From: Octopus sinensis
Taxonomy: Eukaryota
Reading direction: 5' to 3'
DNA length: 64,000 nucleotides
Assembly: GCF_006345805.1 (NCBI RefSeq)
Contig: NC_043002.1
Span: forward strand, 21,390,001-21,454,000
Position 1 is the first letter of the stretch. Each line of letters begins with the position of its first letter. The position numbers and the translations under genes are program-made. The notes below the pieces were generated by a model. The model was not told the DNA's origin and searched no databases. It saw only the letters and a program-made list of their open reading frames with translations. Shown piece by piece: positions 53,387-64,000 of the stretch.

Positions 53387-56300
53387 ATGTCTGTGTTTGT
53401 CCCCCCCAACATGCTTGACAACCGATAGAATAAGTAAGTACTAGGCTTACAAAGAATAAGTTCTGGGGTCGATTTGCTCGACTAAAGGTGGTGCTCCAGC
53501 ATGGACGCAGTCAAAATGGCTGAAACAATTAAAAGAGTAAAAGAGTAAAGAGAATATAAATACACACACATATGATGGGCTTCTTTCAGTTTCTATCTAC
53601 CAAATGCAGCCACAAGGCTTTGAGTGGCCCAGGGCTATAGAAGGAGACATTTGTCTGAGGTGCCAGGTAGTTGGATTGAATCCGGAACCATGCACTCGAG
53701 AGGCAACCTTCTTATCACACAGCCATGCCTGCACATATACATACCTACACACTCTTTATACACGAGGCACACGTCCCGAGTCAATCAGGCAGTAACCATT
53801 AAAAAAACATAAATGTCAACAAAAGAGTTTATCACAATGAGACATTGTATAAAAATAGCTCAACAAAACATATTTACTTATGGAGGTATCTGTAAATATG
53901 TATTTAAGCATGTAATGTCTATAGAAATAAGAGGAAAAGACGAATGGGCTGTAAATACTGTTAGATATGGTAGATATCTACATTTGTAATTTTTACGCAG
54001 TTGTATTTACGCATACACACATGCGCACTGTCTGTCTCACATACACTCACACACATAGGCACACACACACACATAGGCACACACACACATAGGCATACAC
54101 ACACATAGACATTACTTTATTAAAAAAGCTGCAAAGACATCACAAAAACTGTTACTCGGAGTTTCACGCTTGCATTCATCGGACCAAAACTGTCTGCGCA
54201 GGAATATATGATGATATATGACCTACGTTGGACTCCTCATTCACATAATCACCGAACCTGGAGCTTAACTATAGTCTGTCCATAGCACTTACTCAGCATT
54301 ACCTGACACCTTTGGGTCTTCTTGACACCATTACCTCTCAACCTCTATTTATATATATATATGTAAATATATAAAATATAAATTAGAGATAAAACCACTA
54401 TTATGCAACTCAAACAGTGATAGACATAAGCCAAACTATAAATAACAAATATTATATATTTTTATAAAACATATAACTAGATCACAAATATATATATCTT
54501 CAGCTCCTACCAATCATTTCCTCTTTCCCTTTCTACTCCCCACTTCTACTAGATATGAGTAAGCATGCAGATCCCTTTTTAGGAATCTGCTATGCTCCCC
54601 ACCTCTCCCAGGCCTTATCGTCCTGTGAACTGCATGGTGACCTCAAAAGTGCAAATAGCACGGAAAAAGCACCCAGCCCACACTGTAAATTGGTTGGCAT
54701 TAGGAAGGTCATCCAGCCATAAAAAAACATGCCCAAGCTGTTACAGCAGCTCAATGCAGTCCTCACACACATCAGATCCTGTCATACTGTCCAACCCCTG
54801 TTAGCATGGAACATGGATGTTAAATGATGATGACATATGTATACATTGGGAAAGGTATTGGAAGATTTGGTTCAAATATCTGCAACACAGTGTAGTCTTG
54901 TGAAGATATGGAATGGGCTGCTGATGGTGTTAAACAGGGTGGTATGCTAGGCTTACCATTCTAAGCAAGAAAAAAGGACTACTAAATCTTTGTGATTTAA
55001 ATTTGGTTCATGGAAACTATATGGAAGGTTACTGGATGGGCTGTACCTGTAAAACAAAAGGGCCAAAATTTTCACACACTGTATGTTGGTGATCCTGTCT
55101 GAAGATTGTTAAGATTATGTATTCTACAGATACATGTTAAGGATACCTGTTCCTATGGTATACTCAACCATTTCTCATGCTAATTCAGTGAGTAGGTTGT
55201 TTAATTGGACTAACAACTAGAATATTCATCATCAAAACCAATAGGGAATACATAAATTTTAAAAATTTCTCTTCCATGAATAAACATAATTAGCCACAAG
55301 CATGGCTGTGCAGTGAAGAAGTTTGCTTCTCAACTACATGGTTTCCAGTTTAATCCTCATGTATTGTGCCTTGGGCAAGCATATTCTACTGTAACCCTGT
55401 GTTAACCAAAGCCTAGTGTTAGAATGAATATGTGATTTATTGTACTGCAGATCTTACAGAAACTTGCCTGCTCTCTTGGCTGTTGTTGGTTGAGTTGTTT
55501 TGATAGTCTGATAACAATGATCTTTGTAAACAATGGTATTTGTCATTTCCAATCTTCTGTGAAAATATGATTGGTCATGGGAAAATAGCTAATGACAGGA
55601 AGAGCATCTGGTTGTAGAAAATCCACACTAACAAATTCTATCTGGCTCATGCAGACACGGAAAAATGGACATTAAATGATGATGATGAAGTGACAATGAT
55701 GAGGAATAGGCTTGTTTGTTTTTATTTGGAAGAGGTACTTGTTTGTCCAGAAAGAAATGGTTGAGTCTACTTAGCCAAGTGAGGCAGCATAAGTCAGGTT
55801 ACTCAGAGGTTGGAAATAGTGAAGCGATCAAGTATTGATGGCGCTATATTTTAATGTGATGATGAAAATGCATGCAGTCTAGCTTGCTGATAGGAAAGGC
55901 ATCCAAAAATAAAAGCCATGCCAAAAAATGATAAAAAAATTAGATTTTTATATGACGTAGGCTCTTGTTAGGAGATAAAAACACATACATTTCTTTTTCC
56001 TTTGCAATCTTGGGGGAAAATAACACAAAAAATAATGATAATGGAAATTGTTGCTGTTTATGATATATATTCATTATTATTATTTTATATGTTTACATGA
56101 AATTAAATATGTTTCTAGAAATTTATCTCAAAGAGCAGAAGTAAATGCACATGCAGTGAAGCGCATGTGCACACGGCTCACTGTGAAATGACACTAAATA
56201 AAAGGGATGAAACACTCCCTCTGTATCATGTGATATTTACCGTTTTTACAAACCTCAATCAATGCATGTAATTTTAATATCGTGCCATATTAGTGTGTAT

Positions 56301-57056
56301 GTGTGTGTGTGTGTGAATGTGAGTATTGTTTTTGCCTGTTTTAAACTTTATGCACTATCATACCTGCCATAACATTGAAGTAAAAATATATTGGAGTTTA
56401 ATGAGTTTAATGACATGGTGAAAATTTGGGCTCCAGATTTCTGTTGCTCTAGAAATTATCACACTTTATCATTAAAATAGCTGTGTGTATGTGGGTGTGC
56501 GTGGGTGTGTGTCTGTGTGTGTCATGGATTAAATCAACCTATTTATAATAAAATGGCAATGATTTACATTTTTGTGTTTAATTTGTAGTTCTATTCTTGT
56601 TAGGCACTGCTTTACACAGGACACATCCTTGGCACACATACATACACCCATATGAGTGTAAGTTGACACACACATGTACATTCTTCTGCATATATGTGTG
56701 ATGCGTACAGGTGTATATATAATCTTTAAAGAAAGACTTTTAAAATATTGTTGCTGCATCAAGTATTTTTTTTTACAAAATCTTTTAAATATATTTTACA
56801 GGCAATGAAATAATATTTCGAACTCAGTATAACCATGAAAACAGAACAATTGAGTATTTTACCATTATAAGACATAAAAAGTTGTCAGCAGAGAGCCATA
56901 GGACTCAAACCCAGGCACCTCAGATAACTGCTGAGTACTCTACCATTAATCTAAACAGCCTGCTGACAACAATCTCTGTCAAATTAAACGCTAAATATCA
57001 TAGCTTTTGGAATGCAAAATTTTGTAAAAAAACTTTGGAAGCATCAAATGCATTTC

Positions 57057-57093
<37 letters not shown>

Positions 57094-57256
57094 AGTGGCT
57101 GTGTGGTAAGTAGCTTGCTAACCAACCACATGGTTCCGGGTTCAGTCCCACTGCGTAGCATCTTGGGCAAGTGTCTTCTGCTATAGCCCCGGACCGACCA
57201 ATGCCTTGTGAGTGGATTTGGTAGACGGAAACTGAAAGAAGCCTGTCGTATTTATG

Positions 57257-57287
<31 letters not shown>

Positions 57288-57536
57288 TTGTGTGTCTGTG
57301 TTTGTTCCCCTAGCATTGCTTGACAACCGATGCTTGTGTGTTTACGTCCCCGTCACTTAGCGGTTCGGCAAAAAGAGACTGATAGAATAAGTACCGGGCT
57401 TACAAAAAGAATAAGTCCTGGGGTCGAGTTGCTCGACTAAAGGCGGTGCTCCAGCATGGCCACAGTCAAATAACTGAAACAAGTAAAAGAGTAAAGAGAG
57501 TTTGAGTTGCCTAATAGTGGTTTTATCTCTAATTTA

Positions 57537-57570
<34 letters not shown>

Positions 57571-59249
57571 CTAGTATGTGGAACACACATACTAGCCATT
57601 CAAAAGCACACAAAGATTTTCAACTTCACTTAAACATTTATTATATGGTGTCAAAATTTTCATCACACCAACTGTGACCTAGTCACTGACCCAGTTCCAC
57701 TACAACTCTCAAACTGTATCAGTGACCAGGTCACAGTCAGAGTAATAAAAATTTTAGCACCCAAATAATAAATGTTTAAGTGAAGTTAACAGTCATTTAT
57801 TTGTGAATGGCTACTACTTGTCTTGCATGATGTAATTGTTTTTAATGGTCCCTCTTTTATATTATGTGAATATTAACTTAACTATGGTATTCCTTGGCAG
57901 ATAAAGCTTTAGACAGACATATGAAAAGTGGAACAGTTATAGCTGAAATTATAAACAGCTATCTAACTCAGAAACTAAAAATATATTACAGTTTCTTCCA
58001 TACAGGTCAATTTATTCAGATAATGTTTTTCTCTTAACTTTGGCATGATGCCACAACTTTCAAGGCAAATAGGGTTATATTCAGTTAAATCAATCTCTAT
58101 AACTGGTACTGATTTTCATCCAGTGAGGAAGGATGACAAGCAAAAATGCAACTTCAGTGAGGTTTCAATGTAAATGGACATCTGATAAAAATATTAGCAC
58201 AGAATATTGTTTGGCTATTTACCAAATTGTTCACTCCAATATATTTTTACTTGCATAAATCAAGATTTCTGACAACAAATTTTAGGGAACTCCTCCATAT
58301 TTATTTTATTGACCCTGGGAGGATGAGACAAAAGTTAACCTTGGTGGAATTTGAACTTGGAACACAAAGAGGTGTATCTTAGTGTTAGTAATACATTTTT
58401 TTACTATGTTCTGCAAAGGCCCATGGCTTAGTGGTTAGGGTGTTGGACTCATTATTGTAAGACTATGGTTTTTATTCCTGGGTCAGTTAGTAAAACATTT
58501 CATTTTAAGTTGCTCCAGTCCACTCAGCTGGTAAAGATGAGTAATACTGCAATGGACCAGCATCCTGTCCAAGGAGAAATATATATGCCAGAGAAACCAG
58601 GAAACTGACTCTATGCTCCTTATGGAGTAATGTGGATTAACCACTAACTCTACCATCATCATTTATTTAAATAAATTATATGAAATGTAATTCTAAAATA
58701 TAATTTATCTGAGATAATACTCAGGAGTTATGGCATAAGTATATCTGTAAAAATAGCCTATTCCTGGAATTATGTTTTTTAATTTTGTATTATTTTGTTC
58801 ATATATAGATGCATGAACAAAACACTTAGCTTTTGAGTCACTTTCGGAACGTTCTGCTGATTAAAATATAAATATATATATATTGATGAGTTGTAGTGCA
58901 TCTGAGCACTACACACAATAATTTCATTCTTGTATATATATATATACATATAATAAATATTAGGGAATAAATCCAAATTTACAGGGAAAAAATCAGATTT
59001 AGGATTAAATCCAATTTTATAGTAATATATATTATATAATATTAATTAGAGACAAAACCACTATTTTGCAAAACAAACAAGGAAAGACTTAATCAATACA
59101 TAAAATTTTAATAAAAAGTTAAAAAAAGTAAAATTTTAAAATTTTATGTATTGATTAAGTCTTTCCTTGTTTGTTTTGCAAAATAGTGGTTTTGTCTCTA
59201 ATTAATATTATATATATACATATATATACATATACATCTTTTATCTTCT

Positions 59250-59770
59250 ATGCATTTCAGCCAGAGGCTGAGGCCATGCTGATGCACTGCCTTTACTGCA
59301 TCCAGGGATTTTTTCCAGTATTGCTTCTGGTGAAGTAGGGAGTTGGACATTACTGCTCTTCTTTGTGCCTCCTGTCTCAATGTGGGTTTGTCTGGAATTG
59401 TAGATAAAAAGCTGTCTAGATGTTTTTTGAAGACTTCCATGTCACACCTTGCAGAACCCTGATGTTCTGTGGTAGGGCATTAAAGAGTTGTGATCCCTTG
59501 AATCCCAAGCTATTACAATATCGGTTTCGTATCGTCGATGGAGGAGATAGCGCCTTTGGTACTGTGTAGTGCCATCCAGTTCAGGGATTGTTGTAGATAT
59601 TAATTCCAAAATTTGGAGCCAGACACACCATTATTTTTCACATGTATAGCACTGTATATCTCTCACGCCTCCTCCCCAGGGAGCAGAGTCCCAATTCCCT
59701 ATATATATTTGTGCATGTTCATTCATTTGAAGCTGATGATTCACTCCATTCCTACTCAATTTTTTTCAGT
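59250..59770 (-). mobile_element. CR1-like LINE 3' remnant
   Basis: LGFKGSQLFNALP and FKKHLDSFLSTIPDKP, typical LINE RT C-terminal motifs. Confidence 0.7.
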
Positions 59771-59862
59771 TTTGGGCATACATTCAGGCAGTTGTTCAAA
59801 GGGGTGTGAATGTATGTGAAGATATACACACGCACATGCACACACACATGCACAAACACATG

Positions 59863-59901
<39 letters not shown>

Positions 59902-60448
59902 GTAGGTGTAGGAGTGGCTGTGTGGGAAGTAGCTTTCTTACCAACCACATGGTTCTGTGTTCAGTTCCGCTGTGTGGTACCTTGGGCAAGTGTCTTTTAC
60001 TATAGCCTCGGGCTGACCAAAGCCTTGTGGGTGGATTTGGTAGACGGAAACTGAAAGAAGCCCTTTGTATATATGTATATATATATATGTGTGTGTGTAT
60101 ATGTTTGTGTGTCTGTGTTTGTCCCCCCAACATCGCTTGACAACCGATGCTGGTGTGTTTACGTCCCCGTAACTTAGCAGTTCAGCAAAAGAGACTGATA
60201 GAATATGTACTAGCCTTACAAAGAATAAATCCTGGGGTCGATTTGTTCGACTAAAGGCCGTGCTCCAGCATGGCCACAGTCAAATGACTGAAACAAAAGA
60301 GTAAAGAGCGTATACATACACACACACACATACTCATAAATATATCGATACATACATACTCGTTTGGATGATTACCTGAATGAACATACAAAGCTAGAAA
60401 CATTGAGTAGTAATGGAGTGAATCATCAGTTTCTAATGAATGGGAGAA

Positions 60449-60775
60449 TACACTCACGTGTGTGTCTCAAGTAAGAGAAATATATATATATCTTGTACAC
60501 TCACGTGTGTGTCTCAAGTATGAGAAATATATATATATCTTGTACACTCATGTGTGTGTCTCAAGTAAGAGAAATATATATATATCTTGTACACTCACGT
60601 GTGTGTCTCAACTAAGAGAAATATATATATATCTTGTACACTCACGTGTGTGTCTCAAGTAAGAGAGATATATATATATATTGTACACTCACGTGTGTGT
60701 CTCAAGTAAGAGAAATATATATATATATTGTACACTCACGTGTGTGTCTCAAGTAAGAGAAATATATATATCTTG
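60449..60775. repeat. ~47-bp minisatellite, about 7 copies
   Basis: Unit tacactcacgtgtgtgtctcaagtaagagaaatatatatatatcttg. Confidence 0.95.
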
Positions 60776-60940
60776 TGTTTAGGGAGGATCATTACACCAA
60801 TAATAATAAACACAGGCACTTATTATTGATGTTAATGACCCTCTCAAGACACAAGATTTGTTTCAACATGAGTTCACATCAAGAATCTTGCAAAATAATT
60901 TATTACAAAAATGAAGTAAGATATACATATATAAAGAAAC

Positions 60941-60974
<34 letters not shown>

Positions 60975-61287
60975 GTGATTTTAAAAAAAATTATTTATAA
61001 AAAAAATGTTATAAAATATTTTATCAGGATGTTACTAACCTTTTTTGGGAAGAAGCTTCTTTCCTAGTTTGTGAGCACTTTCGATAAACATTTTCAAACA
61101 CTGCTCACACACCAGGAAAGAAAAACTTCTTTGCCAAAAAGGTTAGTAACATCCTGATAAAATATTTTATAACATTTTTTTTTAAATCACATTTACACTT
61201 CAAAACTGTATTAAGTAACTCTCATAGATTTTCAAATATACGTGTGTATGTATGCATATATAATTATATATATATATGTATATATAT

Positions 61288-61470
61288 ATATTATATAAAA
61301 TCCGTTCTGTCTGTCTGTGTGTGTCTTCTAGGATCTTGGGCATCCCCCATCCGATTGTGCTCAAATTTAATGTGTAGATACCGACGGTATCAGGGAATGT
61401 ATAAGTCTTGAAAAAATTACAAAAATCAATTCCAGGTGCGAATGCGATCGATAAAGCCATTCTCCCAGTC
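61288..61470 (+). mobile_element. Probable Helitron 5' fragment
   Basis: TATATAAAA-TCCGTTCTGTCTGTCTGTGTGTGTC...CCGATT...AAATTT layout resembles the 5' ends of the Helitrons above; no 3' CTAG hairpin seen. Confidence 0.45.
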
Positions 61471-62962
61471 AACAGCCTTATCATTACTGGTACTTTAAAC
61501 TCTTTGGTTGCATATTTGTGTGAATAAAATCGTTTTTCTTTGGAATAGGAAAAAAGTCTATCGTTATTTCTTCTTTTGCTGGTGTCTCAAATTTAGGTTA
61601 AATCAGTGTTTCTCAAAGGGGAGGCCTATGGGACGGTCAGACAAGTTGTTTTGAGAAAATTTGGTTTAAATGTTTGACAACTCAGCACCGTCCATTGGAT
61701 GGGGGGTGTTTTGCTCGTATATATATATAAATACAGTGTACATTTAAACACATATGTTTCAGTCATTTGATTGCAGCCATGCTGGAACACCACCTTTAGT
61801 CGAATGAATCGACTCCAGGACTTGTTCTTCTTAAGCCTAGTACTTATTCTATCGGTCTCTTTTGTCAAACTGCTAAGTTACAGGGATGTAAACACACCAA
61901 CATTGGTTGTCAAGTGATAGTGGGGACACACACACACACACACAAACTTAAAAAATGTCTTGTCTTTTATCTTTTACTTATTTCAGTCATTTGACTATGG
62001 TTATGCTGGGGTACCGACTTGAACAAGTTAAACACATCGGTCCCAGGACTTATTTTTTATGCCTAGTACTTATTCTACTGGACTCTTTTGCCGAACTGTT
62101 AAGTTACGGGCACGGGAACACACCAACACTGGTTGTCAAGTTGTGGTAAGTGGGGGACAAACACAGACACAGAGACACACACACATAAATATAAATATAT
62201 ATATGACAGGCTTCTTTCAGTTTCCATTTACCAAATCCACTCACAAGGCTTTGGTCTGCCCAAGTCTATAGCAGAAGACACTTATCCAAGGTGTCATGCC
62301 ATGGGACTGAACCTAGAACCATGTGGTTGGGAAGCAAACTTCTTACTACACAGCCGTGCCTAGTATATATTTCGTCAGCAACTGTTTCGTTGGTTTGACC
62401 TTCTGAGAAGTCACCTGCTGGTTTCACAGTGTTTTTGATTCTGAGAGTGAAATTGTAGTGAGATGTGTGACATGGGTGGGATGAACATCAAAAATCACTT
62501 TTGTTTGATTCACTGATTTATTATCAATTTCTTGCTGATGTATATATCTTCTGCTGATATGCATGCATTCATACACGCATAATGGTTACAACTTGATTGG
62601 ATTAATGCCATCTTTTGATTGTTCTTCTAAACACGATCAGGAGTGTTTGTGATTTTTCAGTCCTGCTACACTCTTGCGAAGATGTGACAACAATGGGCGT
62701 CTCTTGTTGTTAAGCAACAAGACGGGTAAGGGTGACTAGGTGATGGTCTAGGGCTTAGGGGCGGGAGACCCCAGACCTTGGAAAAAAAAACAAAACTTTG
62801 GTCGTCTTGTTGTAGTCGAGGGCTCTTCGTTGACACCCAACACCACTGGGAAGTGGCCCTCGAAGTTGCTGGAAATAAAGATCTCCAGGTCCAAATTCTT
62901 GAATGGCATGGGCGTCTCTTGCAGCAGGTGTTCAGAGAGTTACTGCCTATGATTATACATAC

Positions 62963-63026
62963 TTTCATTCTATCCTGGAATTTTTCATGGTGTGTTTTGC
63001 CCTTTTCAGCTGCGGCCAGCCATTGA
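62963..63026 (-). CDS. Probable coding exon of an unidentified gene (xQWLAAAEKGKTHHEKFQDRMK); read-through ORF continues to 62666
   Basis: Acceptor ctctattatatgttgcag and donor AAA|GTATGT; only this frame is open; lies in a GC-richer unique island. Upstream exons would be outside the window. Confidence 0.5.
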
Positions 63027-63096
63027 CTGCAACATATAATAGAGATATTAGTAGAGATGTTAAAATGAAATGATATCTGTGCCTGAAGCTATTTAA

Positions 63097-63313
63097 CCCT
63101 TTAGCATTGGGTCATATCTGACCCAAATATTCTACCTATTTTTATGTTTCGAACTAGTCAGATCTGGCCATTCATACCTACCCTACAATGTCATTCTAAA
63201 AATAATCAATCCCATCATTGAAATCTTTAAGCTGCGAGATAAGGCATAATTAATTCAAACCAATGTGAATAAATAAGCATTACATTTGACTGAATAATCT
63301 GAATACTATTGGG
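63097..63313. mobile_element. piggyBac-like MITE
   Basis: TTAA|CCCTTTAG...GGG|TTAA; a similar degenerate element starts TTAA|CCCTTTT at 27784. Confidence 0.65.
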
Positions 63314-64000
63314 TTAAAGTGCCTTATCCACATACATATATGCGTATGTATTTGATGGAATTTCATCTACTAAACTCCCCTTAAAATACACTGATCAGCT
63401 CGAAGCTTTAGTTGAAAACTCTTGCCCAAGATGCCACTAAGTGGGATTGAACTTGAAACCTTGTGGTTGTGAAACTAACTTCTTAACTTCATACACATGC
63501 CTGTTTTCATACGTATACATAGCAAGTCATGTCATGTCCAAAGTTCGTTTTAATCGACTACAAACTCAACCTCCTTCCCTGACCACTTCAACTACCACCA
63601 CTACAACCACCACCACCACTGCTGCCACTGCCACCACTACCATTGCCGCCACTGCCACCACCATACAAATATATGGTTCTTTGCCAATGTAAATAGATTT
63701 ATATTACATTATATATTGAATGGTTCATCTTAAACAGAAGTGGAAGAGGGGTGCATGTAATTTTATTGAAGGTAATATAGTTTGGTGTGTGAGAGAGGGC
63801 AAAAGAATATAGTTTAAGATATGTGTGCAATTTGTGTGTGTAATATGTACTAGAGCACCAATATTCTGTGGTTTATGAATAAATAAATATATGAACTGTG
63901 TACTTAGTCTTGGGTATGAAATTAGGCCCAGGATGAACAGATTGGTTGTAAATTAAAAACACTTTTTTTATGTCAGTTTCAACAGTGGGTGTTCCAAATG

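Noticed and set aside
62963-63026. Assigning the exon to a PH-domain, phosphodiesterase or ankyrin-repeat protein
   Set aside because: QWLAAAEKGKT loosely resembles all three; 21 residues cannot discriminate without a database search.

Overview
Repeat-dominated, AT-rich animal genomic DNA, most likely octopus/coleoid cephalopod (inferred from the tRNA-derived SINE families and extreme microsatellite density; not database-confirmed). Nearly all listed ORFs are microsatellite or SINE translation artefacts. Supported content: a decayed Ty3/Gypsy integrase with PPT and 3' LTR, split by a SINE with a TSD; decayed RTE, CR1-like and Penelope-like retroelements; at least five SINE types; non-autonomous Helitrons; TIR MITEs with clear TSDs; two near-identical kb-scale tandem duplications; and several long hairpins. 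No complete gene can be named. The most interesting but unproven signals are: (i) a minus-strand exon at 62963-63026 followed over ~50 kb by several short in-frame candidate terminal exons ending in different targeting-like motifs (CAAX CVFM, PDZ-ligand-like IYKV and ENPV); (ii) a dispersed repeat carrying a minimal hammerhead-ribozyme-like fold with a CCGAyGA core; (iii) alternating CpG-depleted and CpG-retaining domains. All reading was by eye, so repeat boundaries are approximate.
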